Below, piece after piece: positions 44,705-54,229 of a stretch of 64,000 bases of DNA. The translations under genes and the position numbers were made by a program. Position 1 is the first letter of the stretch; each line of letters begins with the position of its first letter. This DNA is from a virus. The stretch is taken from the IMG/VR virus record IMGVR_UViG_3300032235_000653, positions 1 to 64,000 of that record. One strand, given 5' to 3'. The notes below the pieces were generated by a model that worked only from the letters and a program-made list of their open reading frames with translations, searched no databases and was not told the origin of the DNA.

Positions 44705-46425
44705 GTTTGATCTTCTTTAAATGCACTTCTTATTCTACTGAATAAGCTAGGTTTCATTTTAGGTTCTTCTGGTTTAAGTGCTACCGGTTTTCTAATTGAT
44801 TTATTTAATCCAGTCCACATACCTTTGCCCATATCTGTTTGCATAGCACTGGGCTGTATATCATTGCCCAATGTATCATTGGCATATTGATACATTAATT
44901 TAGCAAGCCCTTTGCCTCGATGTCTCGGAGAAACAAATACGTATGCAGCTTCTAAATATTTTTCACCATCTTCATGACGTTTTTTAACTAAAAAGTCTGT
45001 CCAGGCAAGTTCTTCGCGCTCTGGCGTATTGGTTAATACTCGTATATGTAAGACATTTACGTCAGTGTTATAAACTTTCCTGTCTTCTCCTTCAGCAGTG
45101 AGTAATAAATCCCCCACAACTTGTTGATCTCTAAATCCTGTCTTAACAGTTTCAGCATTTACATATTCGGTTATGCTGTCAGATTTCCATTTATCAGCTA
45201 AAAGCTCCACTAATTTTTTTACAGTAGATACATTGTTTCGACGCATGTAATTAATGATTTTAACTGCATTAGCTCTATCGGCGCCGGCACTGGGTTTTCT
45301 AGCATTGCTTAAATCTGTATTCAATCCTTGAGCAGCATTTTCTTTATCGTAAGTATAATTTAAACTGTATCGCAGATCGTCGGCTTTTTTACTTAACTGA
45401 CTTTTATTTTTGGCACTAATTAATTCTATCCACGGAAGCAAGTATTCTCGTTCAGGATAACTACGATAACTTGTATGTTCCGGACCTGTCAACAAACTGA
45501 CATCTCCTGGATTTCTTTGATCAAAATTTCGCCAAGCTTTAGGGTCGGTATAAAAATATGTATCAATGCCCAGACGTTTAGCTGCTATTAGTGCTTGTCT
45601 GGCTCTAGCACGAACTTCAGGATCAGATTTGGGATCAATATAAATGTGTACGGCCACAATTCCATCAATGGGTATAGTAGGTTCTCGACTGAACACTCGA
45701 TCTTCAGCTTCATGTTTTCGATGATGTGCCAAAGATGGGTTACGATTTTCCCAATAGTCCACTGGACGAGAAATATAATGATTGTTGAACCAGTTACCAT
45801 CTAATACAAACAACACAGCCTGATTACCAATATAGTCATGATACCCACCTTGTCTCGTGCGTGTAGTGCTTAAAAAGTAAAGGTGATCTTTAGGTGCGTA
45901 ACTTTGTTCGATACTACCCAACACACTGCTTAATTCAAACTGCCCAGAACTTAAAATTTTTAAAGCTGAATGAATATTAGTATAATGATATACTATACGA
46001 CTCAGACTTTCGTCTAATTTTTCTGGTTCCCAGAACATATTCTTAGAACCCTTTGTAGTAGGTTTAAATCCATGTCCTTTATAGAACTTAGTTAGTTTGG
46101 CTTGACTTACTTGCCCTTTGTCCCAAGGGTACAATGTTAATGCAATATTATCTTCTTTAGCCAAACGTTGAAGCTCAGCCATTGCTCGAGAACCCACGCC
46201 TTGACGTAGAGGATACGCTTGAAACCATTTAACTTCTACCGCATCGTGTTTAGACAAGCTAGGCACTAGTTCGAACATGGCAAACTGTTGTTCGTCACCT
46301 TCTCCCCATGTCATGACATGATTGTTTTGCCATACTTGTGGATATTTAGAATAAACTTTTTCTATCCATTCTTTTGCACGGCTACGATCTATATTAGATA
46401 ATTTGATAACTTCGTCAATACGCAT
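44701..46425 (-). CDS. GNAT / ADP-ribosyltransferase-like / GNAT multidomain protein
   Basis: GNAT1: RQGVGS..KFYKGHGF. Middle: YHYT...LSTTR...HEAEDR. GNAT2: VSPRHRGKGLA...QTDMGKGMW. N-terminal MRIDE leader. Confidence 0.6.
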   Translation of the reverse strand: MRIDEVIKLSNIDRSRAKEWIEKVYSKYPQVWQNNHVMTWGEGDEQQFAMFELVPSLSKHDAVEVKWFQAYPLRQGVGSRAMAELQRLAKEDNIALTLYPWDKGQVSQAKLTKFYKGHGFKPTTKGSKNMFWEPEKLDESLSRIVYHYTNIHSALKILSSGQFELSSVLGSIEQSYAPKDHLYFLSTTRTRQGGYHDYIGNQAVLFVLDGNWFNNHYISRPVDYWENRNPSLAHHRKHEAEDRVFSREPTIPIDGIVAVHIYIDPKSDPEVRARARQALIAAKRLGIDTYFYTDPKAWRNFDQRNPGDVSLLTGPEHTSYRSYPEREYLLPWIELISAKNKSQLSKKADDLRYSLNYTYDKENAAQGLNTDLSNARKPSAGADRANAVKIINYMRRNNVSTVKKLVELLADKWKSDSITEYVNAETVKTGFRDQQVVGDLLLTAEGEDRKVYNTDVNVLHIRVLTNTPEREELAWTDFLVKKRHEDGEKYLEAAYVFVSPRHRGKGLAKLMYQYANDTLGNDIQPSAMQTDMGKGMWTGLNKSIRKPVALKPEEPKMKPSLFSRIRSAFKEDQT

Positions 46426-48096
46426 TCAGTATTTAGCGTCATAGTACTGTTTGAGCCAAGCCCACTCGTAGGATAACATTAGCTTGTCGTAGTCGCCTTT
46501 AACAGATTCATAGTAATTGATAGCATCCTGGGCTCCAAGAATACTCCATTCACCGTACTGCCCGTTGCCCACTGTTAACCATTTTTTAAGTCTGAATTCA
46601 GTTTCAACACTGGGCTGTTCGATACTAAAATGTTTTAACTTAATAACTTCGCGAAATGCTGTACGCCATGTGGTCCAAGAGTCTTGATCATAATGTGCAG
46701 TGCCACTTAAAATGGGCACTACGTCGTGAGCTTTACTTAAAGTAAAATCTAGTCCACTGTTCACAGTTTCCAGTACCAAACGTTTATTGTAAGCAATCAT
46801 TGCCTGATGTCCGTAGACCAATCCATTTACTGGATTTCGAGCATGAAAAATGTAGTGTTTTGGTTCTTGAAAGTAGTCAGGTTGCCATGACCAATTAAAA
46901 TTAACGTCAACTTCTAATTTAGCAAACACAGCAAAGAACCACGGTGTTTCGCTTTTTTCAGCGGCAGTTTTGTATGCGGCCATACGACCGTCGACATTTT
47001 GGACACGTTTGATTGCATTACTGAACTTTAGTACAGGAAATCCAGGGTCTTCTTGATCCAAAACTTCACACAAATGATTATACCACTGTTCTGCTTCTGG
47101 TTCGCCGTTACTGATATAGACTATGTCTAAACAGTCTTCTGTGTGTATAGATTTGCCCCTTTTTTCAACGTTTACGTAAGGATAATCGTAGATTTGTGTG
47201 CGTAAATGTGTCTTAACGTCTCGGGGCACTACACAAATACTGTTGCTTTCTGTAAAACTTTCCACAGTCCTGTCTTTTTCAGTCCATAAGCAAATTTCAC
47301 TGTTAAGTAAAATACTGGGCCTATTCGAAAATGCAGCATAGGGGAATTTGAAATCGTGTTTACGAATTTCATCTACTAGATTGTCATGATCATAATGAAC
47401 TCTGGGACACATATATCGATATACTCTTTGATCTTCACAATAGTTAATAACATTAAACCAATCCAATAATTCCAAATCGACCATTTGCTTTTTGAATGAT
47501 TCTACATGAATATAAAATGTATCTCCACGTTTTTGATTATTGCTGGAAAAACAATGAATCATTTCTTCTTGCCACTGAGCAGGATGCCAAGTAAAGTCAA
47601 AATCTCGGTAATCGCAGACACTGCTAATCACCCACACATATTCTGTGGTAGCTAAATTTACTATACGTTTTAGTACGTTTAAATGATCCGACACATATCT
47701 GGTAGATTTAATCAAAGGATATCTTTCTTTAAGAGCAACAAGTTGTACTTGACTCTCTGGGTTCATAAAATCCATATAGAAAATATCAGTACTACCGGTA
47801 CGAGGAACACAATAATCATTTACAGGACAATGCCAGTGCCATTGATGCTCTTTTGTATTTTTTGGTATCAGATAAGTGCCACCATTTTGTTGCCATTGGC
47901 TGGGCCAAACATGTGTATACTCTGCTTCATAACTAATGGGTTTCCAATGAAAGTCAAAATCACTATAGTCATTGTGCCCGTCTACGTACCAAAAATATGC
48001 CGTACGACAAAGTGTATCAGCCTCTACTAGAGAGGCTGCCGGTTGTTCAAAGGCAAACAGGTTAGGCTTTGGTCCTTTGTAAAATATATCAAACAT
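46426..48096 (-). CDS. Glycosyltransferase-like protein with three internally repeated domains
   Basis: Repeats begin FDIFY, TDIFYMD and LDIVYISNGE, each with a DF.FxWxP-like motif; WRTAFREVIKL. Confidence 0.6.
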   Translation of the reverse strand: MFDIFYKGPKPNLFAFEQPAASLVEADTLCRTAYFWYVDGHNDYSDFDFHWKPISYEAEYTHVWPSQWQQNGGTYLIPKNTKEHQWHWHCPVNDYCVPRTGSTDIFYMDFMNPESQVQLVALKERYPLIKSTRYVSDHLNVLKRIVNLATTEYVWVISSVCDYRDFDFTWHPAQWQEEMIHCFSSNNQKRGDTFYIHVESFKKQMVDLELLDWFNVINYCEDQRVYRYMCPRVHYDHDNLVDEIRKHDFKFPYAAFSNRPSILLNSEICLWTEKDRTVESFTESNSICVVPRDVKTHLRTQIYDYPYVNVEKRGKSIHTEDCLDIVYISNGEPEAEQWYNHLCEVLDQEDPGFPVLKFSNAIKRVQNVDGRMAAYKTAAEKSETPWFFAVFAKLEVDVNFNWSWQPDYFQEPKHYIFHARNPVNGLVYGHQAMIAYNKRLVLETVNSGLDFTLSKAHDVVPILSGTAHYDQDSWTTWRTAFREVIKLKHFSIEQPSVETEFRLKKWLTVGNGQYGEWSILGAQDAINYYESVKGDYDKLMLSYEWAWLKQYYDAKY

Positions 48097-48523
48097 CGAT
48101 TTGTTCTACTGTAACTTTACACTTGTTTAAAAATTCAACACCGGACGTATCACGATAAGCTTGCCCAAAATACACATGAGATATGCCTGCTCCGTAAATA
48201 CTTTTAGCACACTCTAAACAAGGAGCATGGGTAATGAACATAGTAGATCCTAGCCCGCCCTCATTGCCTTTTGCTAACTTGTCTAGAGCATTTCGCTCTG
48301 CGTGGAGCACTTCTGGTTTTGTTTTTAATTCGTAATCGCCTGTTTCATCCCAAACTTTGGTTTCACAGTTGTTATCCCACCCGGCAGGCATGCCGTTATA
48401 ACCAATACTGATAATTCTATCATCTTTAACCACAATGGCGCCAACATGCAGTCGCCGAGCATGACTGAGTTCAGCAAATATTTTTGCAGTCTGCATATAT
48501 GCTTGAATTAATTTTTTCTTCAT
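48089..48523 (-). CDS. dCMP deaminase
   Basis: VGAIVVKD, GYNG, HAERNA and PCLECAK. Confidence 0.92.
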   Translation of the reverse strand: MKKKLIQAYMQTAKIFAELSHARRLHVGAIVVKDDRIISIGYNGMPAGWDNNCETKVWDETGDYELKTKPEVLHAERNALDKLAKGNEGGLGSTMFITHAPCLECAKSIYGAGISHVYFGQAYRDTSGVEFLNKCKVTVEQIDV

Positions 48524-49221
48524 TTTCTTAACCAAGAAATATTATCCCAGGCATCACCACTGGGATTAAATTTTTGAACAACTCTATTGTATAAATCAAT
48601 GTCAGGTAACAAATATTCCATTATTTTTTCATTGGGGGAAGACTTAAACTTTTCTTTTATATTTGCTTCGAGTTTCTTTTTTGACCCAGATGAAATATTT
48701 GACTTTCCGTCAGTTGCCCAATAACTATCTATATAAATTTTATATTTTTCTAAGAGTTTTGCAATCGCCCATTTAACCCCGTCGTGATTTTTTACAGATT
48801 CCATTGGAATCCAATCAATTTGATCACAGAAATTTTCGTAATAGTTATAAACATACCCGTATGAATGTATGTCTATTATAGGAGTACTCAAAACAAAGTT
48901 TTGCAATTCAACATTTTTATAATATTCAGATACTAGATTCTTTTGAAATAACCATTCTGCTATTGCTTTATAACGCCTAGTTAAAGGATCCGTCATCAAA
49001 GTAAAAACATGACTCTTATCCCAATTGATTTCTGAAAACGGTATTTTCCTCCATCGACAGTTTTGATTAAAAGTGGTCGTCAAAAAACTGGAGCCGCATT
49101 TTAAAGTTGCAATACAGGTCAATACTTCGCAGGTATACACTGCTGCTGTGGCCCCAGGACTTCTTTCAAATTTATTAAATTCTTCAACTTCTGAAAAATA
49201 GGGTAACAGATTCATTGACAT
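48520..49221 (-). CDS. Sulfotransferase-like protein
   Basis: LKCGSS (5'-PSB-like), DPLTRRYKA (3'-PB-like, degenerate) and DIDLY. Confidence 0.45.
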   Translation of the reverse strand: MSMNLLPYFSEVEEFNKFERSPGATAAVYTCEVLTCIATLKCGSSFLTTTFNQNCRWRKIPFSEINWDKSHVFTLMTDPLTRRYKAIAEWLFQKNLVSEYYKNVELQNFVLSTPIIDIHSYGYVYNYYENFCDQIDWIPMESVKNHDGVKWAIAKLLEKYKIYIDSYWATDGKSNISSGSKKKLEANIKEKFKSSPNEKIMEYLLPDIDLYNRVVQKFNPSGDAWDNISWLRK

Positions 49222-49248
49222 GAATTATAAATGTATAAATGATATAAG

Positions 49249-49473
49249 TCAATCTTTGTCAGTTACTATAACTGCAACTTGGTCCACCCAAATCATTCTG
49301 CCATGGCAAGCAATATTCCATTTTGTTTCACCATGCTCGTGTGTGCATTCAGTAAAAGTTTCTCCGATAAGTCGAACATCTTTAGCTAAATGTTCTACTC
49401 CGTTTTCGAATACACGCCAGACTAATTCACTGCCGTTGTGTTTAGTATTAAATCTGACGTGATACTTGTTCAC
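49249..49473 (-). CDS. Hypothetical protein
   Basis: 74 aa; RFNT..WRVFENG..KWNIAC. Confidence 0.6.
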   Translation of the reverse strand: MNKYHVRFNTKHNGSELVWRVFENGVEHLAKDVRLIGETFTECTHEHGETKWNIACHGRMIWVDQVAVIVTDKD

Positions 49474-50261
49474 TTTAGTCCTAGTTCTTTTCTAATTTTA
49501 GTGGCAGAAATATCGGTAATTGACTCATTAAATGTTTCTTCACCAGCAGAATATCCCACGCCACGACCCCAACCTATATGCACAATATTTGGAACTACTT
49601 GTATGTCGTACTGTCCTTGGTATAGTGGATCTAAGTCTCGACGGATAAATGATTTAACCTTTTCTACTTCGAAAGGATTGGACCCTTGCCAGCCCTGCAC
49701 ATCACGAACTTGAATAATAACTTGACCTGTACGTTGTAACAGTCTTTCAAATAATGCTCTATGACCATCGTGCCACGGTTGCCAACGCCCTAACATTTGG
49801 ACTGTTTCTTTTTTCCAATCAAAGACAGGTCGTCTACGATGGTCAATAATATGGTCAGCAATAAAATCTGCCCATTTTTCTGCATTTTGTTCCGTGACCC
49901 TAAAATCATAAACTTCGGGTTCAACAAACATTTTATTTGTATCAGCGTAACGACCTTCGCGTATAGTATCTACCCATACAGTCCAATCTGCTTTAAAATT
50001 ATTACGCATTTCTACTAATGGTGCAACGAAATCACATAGTGCATAATCTGTGTTGCACGACATTGATAATTCAAACATACGTTTACTTTGGCGAATCCTA
50101 CCAGCTTCGCTGAAATCCCAATCGTCGAATTGTTTTCTTACTTCATCTGCGTTAAACCAAGTAACTGTTTTGCCATTGGCTTCTAATAACTTCTTTAATT
50201 CTGTTGCCAAGAAGGTTTTTCCTGCTCCGGGCAGGCCCATAATCAAAATTCGTTGTGTCAT
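49470..50261 (-). CDS. Adenylylsulfate-kinase-like domain fused to an HxGH nucleotidyltransferase domain
   Basis: GLPGAGKT, NADEVR, DFSEAGRIRQ; then GRWQPWHDGH. Confidence 0.8.
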   Translation of the reverse strand: MTQRILIMGLPGAGKTFLATELKKLLEANGKTVTWFNADEVRKQFDDWDFSEAGRIRQSKRMFELSMSCNTDYALCDFVAPLVEMRNNFKADWTVWVDTIREGRYADTNKMFVEPEVYDFRVTEQNAEKWADFIADHIIDHRRRPVFDWKKETVQMLGRWQPWHDGHRALFERLLQRTGQVIIQVRDVQGWQGSNPFEVEKVKSFIRRDLDPLYQGQYDIQVVPNIVHIGWGRGVGYSAGEETFNESITDISATKIRKELGLK

Positions 50262-51733
50262 GATAGTACTTTTACTCCGTATAATTGTTCAAATCTGTTA
50301 GCGTCCTTACGGTCATTGACCATAGGCTCGCCTCGAATGTTTAGACTAGTATTTAATAGCATAGGGCACCCCGTCATAATAAACCATTTTTCTAAAAGTT
50401 GTCTGATTCCTGATCCATCCGGCGGCACAGTCTGAACACGACTAGTTCCGTCATAATGCACAACAGCAGGAAATAAGTCAGGATTCCTGCACTGACTGAT
50501 GACTTGCATATACCTACTGTTATTCCAATTACAAGGGATGTCGAAATAATTATCAGACAGTTCCTCCAAAATAACCGGCGCAAAGGGTCTGAATTTTTCT
50601 CTTTGTTTAATTTCATTTACTCGATCCTTGATATCACTGCCCCGTGGGTCAGCTAATAAACTCCTATTTCCCAATGCTCGGGGGCCAAATTCTGCTCTGC
50701 CAGATGCCACTCCTACAATACGATTAGATAATAGTTCATCTAATAGAGCATTAACAGGATAAGGCCCAGGTATGTTATGACCTAAATAAGCATTTTTCCA
50801 ATTTATCTTTTTTCCATATGCCAAAGCTGCGGCACCCAGACTGGAGCCAGCATCACCAGGATTAGGCATGACCCAAATGTTTTTAAAATATTCACCCAAT
50901 CTATCATTGACTTTACAATTTAAAGCAACACCGCCCATATAAACTAAATTGCTGCTCCAATTAAAATCTTTGGCGCGGCGCATTACATTTAGTATCAATT
51001 CTTCTGTTAAGTCTTGTGCGCTGGCTGCAATGTCCATATCCCCGACGTAGGACAAATACTTTTGTTCTATGCCAGCGTGAAGATTTTCTTTAAATTTAAT
51101 TTGCCATTCGTCGGATAAAAATTTAGATTTAAATAAATCAGTGAACACAGGTGCACCATATGCAGCCATGCCCATCATAATGTATTCTTCTTCATTGGGT
51201 TTTAGTCCTACCCGTTCTGTCATTGCACTATAAAATAATCCAATGCTGTGTGGATATTTTTGGCGCCATAATCTTTTATAAACGGCTTTTCCTTGATTGT
51301 ATTCTGCTGCCCAAATACTTATTGTGTCCCATTCCCCTATAGCGTCAATTACAACCACTGTGGCTTTAATAAAAGAGCTTGTTTGAAATCCTGCAGCCGC
51401 ATGGCATAGGTGATGATTGAAGTTGTACACACGCTCTGGATCGAGCTGGCCACCTAACTGCTGAGTTAATATTTGTCGAGTGGTAAGTTTGTTCCACTCA
51501 ATACCCTGTCCTGCATACCACTGACGCAGTTGTTTTGACCAAGGGCGCTCATAATATGCAATTACTCCTGGACCATAATCCGACACATCATCTAATAACC
51601 CTTGACAAAAGTTGGGATCGTTTTTCTTTTTCGAATAGCGTTCCGAATGCCCAGCAAACAATATCTCGCCGTCTGGTGAAACTACTGCGGCGGCTGCATC
51701 ATGAAATCCTGCAGATATTCCTAAAATATTCAT
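50258..51733 (-). CDS. Carbamoyltransferase (NodU/CmcH/TobZ family)
   Basis: GISAGFHDAAA, HHLCHAA, MGMAAYG, GGVALNC, EFGPRALGNRS, RPFAP and LNTSLN. Confidence 0.95.
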   Translation of the reverse strand: MNILGISAGFHDAAAAVVSPDGEILFAGHSERYSKKKNDPNFCQGLLDDVSDYGPGVIAYYERPWSKQLRQWYAGQGIEWNKLTTRQILTQQLGGQLDPERVYNFNHHLCHAAAGFQTSSFIKATVVVIDAIGEWDTISIWAAEYNQGKAVYKRLWRQKYPHSIGLFYSAMTERVGLKPNEEEYIMMGMAAYGAPVFTDLFKSKFLSDEWQIKFKENLHAGIEQKYLSYVGDMDIAASAQDLTEELILNVMRRAKDFNWSSNLVYMGGVALNCKVNDRLGEYFKNIWVMPNPGDAGSSLGAAALAYGKKINWKNAYLGHNIPGPYPVNALLDELLSNRIVGVASGRAEFGPRALGNRSLLADPRGSDIKDRVNEIKQREKFRPFAPVILEELSDNYFDIPCNWNNSRYMQVISQCRNPDLFPAVVHYDGTSRVQTVPPDGSGIRQLLEKWFIMTGCPMLLNTSLNIRGEPMVNDRKDANRFEQLYGVKVLS

Positions 51734-51831
51734 TTATAGATAAAAGGATCTCGCTTGCGTAATTCTTTAAGTTTTTTTCTATATCGAATTTCAAGCACTA
51801 TTCGGTAGTATAAATTTTTAATCCATTTCAT
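51730..51831 (-). CDS. 33-aa peptide coupled to the carbamoyltransferase (not in ORF track)
   Basis: MKWIKNLYYRIVLEIRYRKKLKELRKRDPFIYK; AGAGGA SD; ATGA overlap. Confidence 0.65.
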   Translation of the reverse strand: MKWIKNLYYRIVLEIRYRKKLKELRKRDPFIYK

Positions 51832-51846
51832 AGTTGAATCCTCTTA

Positions 51847-52947
51847 CTATTTATTGATCAAACTACTACTATAATCATAGCCAGGTTTTAATCGTTCAAT
51901 TTGTTGCTGGTAATAATCTTTGTCTGTCCATGTATAAGGATACACAGATTGCAAAATATTTTCCGACCCATCGTCGCATTGTATAGCATAAATGTCCAGA
52001 TATTTTGACAATATAGGCCACACTTCGCTATAGTTGGTTGTGCCAAAGCTTGTTTGTAGATCAACTTTACCAACTGGATGATATCCAAAATTATATTCAG
52101 GATTTTCTGGGTCAAAACCGTTTCTGACTAGCCATGGACGAAAGCCAGACATTACGTTATCGTACCATGGCGCCATACCGTTGTAGCAAATATCTTGTGC
52201 CCATTCGATATCAAATTCACCACTATAATAACGTAAATGGGTTATAGCTTCACAGACTGCTTTATCGATGTCTATGCCATTTTCATCTTTGAATACTTCG
52301 AATAGAGTTTTACCAATTTGAGACCAATGCAAATAAACTTCTCCAAATTTTCTATCATATCTTTTTTCATCGAAAGTTGTTTTGTATTCTGCAGGAAATT
52401 CATATCTTTGTGCATTTAAAAATGTGGTAATTTGACTGGGTCTAACCCACTCGGGTGCGGTTATTTTTTTACGCTGACTGAGCACCAGACTTTCTGCTTC
52501 GTGACACAGATTATTCAATTGTCTGATTGCAAACTTTGTTGTATAATCAGCTCTTTTATAATAGTCACTGAGTCCCCAAACCGTGCCTTGCAATATTTCA
52601 AAATGATTATGAAGTTTATTCATCAAATCATGATCGAGTTTTAAGGTATGGGAATCTCTGAGTGTGTCTGGCAGAAATACTTCTTTAATCTGATATTCTT
52701 CGCCGAAGAAACTGTTTATTTTGTTTACTGCCCACGCCAGCTCAGAACAAATAAATTGCAAATTTCGTTGACTGTCCGGAAATCCTAAAAAACAAAAATT
52801 CTTTTCTAGATACTTGTTTTGTCTTAATAAGTCTTGCAAGGCCACAAACCATTTCTGTGCCATGTTATGGTCATATACGTCGATTATATAATCTAGTGTA
52901 TCTGATTTAATCAACGGGTTACGCAGTGTTACTATTACTTTATTCAA
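51847..52947 (-). CDS. Hypothetical protein
   Basis: 366 aa; NKLHNHFE...LNNLCHEAE His-containing helices. Confidence 0.65.
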   Translation of the reverse strand: MNKVIVTLRNPLIKSDTLDYIIDVYDHNMAQKWFVALQDLLRQNKYLEKNFCFLGFPDSQRNLQFICSELAWAVNKINSFFGEEYQIKEVFLPDTLRDSHTLKLDHDLMNKLHNHFEILQGTVWGLSDYYKRADYTTKFAIRQLNNLCHEAESLVLSQRKKITAPEWVRPSQITTFLNAQRYEFPAEYKTTFDEKRYDRKFGEVYLHWSQIGKTLFEVFKDENGIDIDKAVCEAITHLRYYSGEFDIEWAQDICYNGMAPWYDNVMSGFRPWLVRNGFDPENPEYNFGYHPVGKVDLQTSFGTTNYSEVWPILSKYLDIYAIQCDDGSENILQSVYPYTWTDKDYYQQQIERLKPGYDYSSSLINK

Positions 52948-54229
52948 TCGAATTCCACCATTCTAATACTTCAGGTTTTGTTGAAAGTATATCACGCATA
53001 GTATAACTATCATTTCGAATTTGTTCAAGTCTTTCGATTCTTGCTTTTCCTTTACGCAAGCCAATTTGATAGTCATCGGGCCACTGTTCTGCAAATGTAG
53101 GTCTAGTTTTTAGCTGGGCAAGGATATCCTTTAAGGCGCCGCCTACTACGGGTACGAGTTCATCTATCCATGGATCTAATAGATTCCTGGGCAGTGATAA
53201 AGGTGACATAACTATGTCCGGACTAAAACTAAAAATTACTTTCGCGAGAATATCGACTTTTTCTTCTTCTGCAAGTCGCTGGATATTAATAACTTCGAAC
53301 ATGCCGGGCAAAGTGAGCGTAAAGTCAATTCGCATTTGACGTCGGTGACTAGCGATTTTAGTTCCTTGGCGGAAGTTCTCAAGCCATTCATTGTAGTTGA
53401 GACCTGTTCTAATGTATTCGCCAATCGGGCCTGTGCCGTCGATGCTTGCACAAATCTGCCAATCACGAAGCCTGTTGAGAATATCACTATAAAGATTAAT
53501 GCCTTTATAATTAATTCTTGATAAATTAGTGTTATACCTAGCATAGACATTTGGGCCATCTCCTAACTCTATTATTCTTTTCATGTAGCGCCAATGTTGT
53601 TCGTACATTAAAGGTTCGCCACCAACCCAATATACTTCTTCAACTCGATGCTCTTCGACAGCTTGGCTAAATTCTGCTTCGACTTGATTATCTTGAAATT
53701 GTTCAATTTGTTTTTTGATGTCAGGTTGCATCCAATTATTCTTTGGATCTGACCAATTGATCATGTTGTGCTGACGTTGTTCACTTTCCCATGAACTACT
53801 TAACATGTCTCCACACATTCGACATTTAAAATTACAAAGATTACTAAATCTGTAATCCCAACTCACAGGCTTCATATCTGTTGAGCCGTCGGGCTGTGTC
53901 TTTTCCATTGCCTCATTGTACTTATGGCCAAATAACTGATTAAAATAGCTACGGTAAACGCTGGTGTTTAGTAATTTGTCATTGCATACTTCACACTCAG
54001 GCAAAGTTTCCCCTGCCATCATGCGACGACGAACAGACTTCATATGCTCGCCATTCCAGTGCTCGTCTAAAGTGACAGGTATATACTTTCCTGTACCTGC
54101 ACTAGTATCAATATACTGTTGAAAATTTTGTGCAGGTTCTCGACTCGCGCAACACATCCTGCGTTCTGTTTGCGGACTTAGATATGTATGTGTCCATGGA
54201 GCCATGCACAGTGTCGCAGGTTTAGTCAT
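52940..54229 (-). CDS. Radical SAM protein with N-terminal Twitch/SPASM-like Cys cluster
   Basis: CMAPW..CC..CEVC; CNFKCRMC; GGEP; YNTN. Confidence 0.9.
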   Translation of the reverse strand: MTKPATLCMAPWTHTYLSPQTERRMCCASREPAQNFQQYIDTSAGTGKYIPVTLDEHWNGEHMKSVRRRMMAGETLPECEVCNDKLLNTSVYRSYFNQLFGHKYNEAMEKTQPDGSTDMKPVSWDYRFSNLCNFKCRMCGDMLSSSWESEQRQHNMINWSDPKNNWMQPDIKKQIEQFQDNQVEAEFSQAVEEHRVEEVYWVGGEPLMYEQHWRYMKRIIELGDGPNVYARYNTNLSRINYKGINLYSDILNRLRDWQICASIDGTGPIGEYIRTGLNYNEWLENFRQGTKIASHRRQMRIDFTLTLPGMFEVINIQRLAEEEKVDILAKVIFSFSPDIVMSPLSLPRNLLDPWIDELVPVVGGALKDILAQLKTRPTFAEQWPDDYQIGLRKGKARIERLEQIRNDSYTMRDILSTKPEVLEWWNSIE

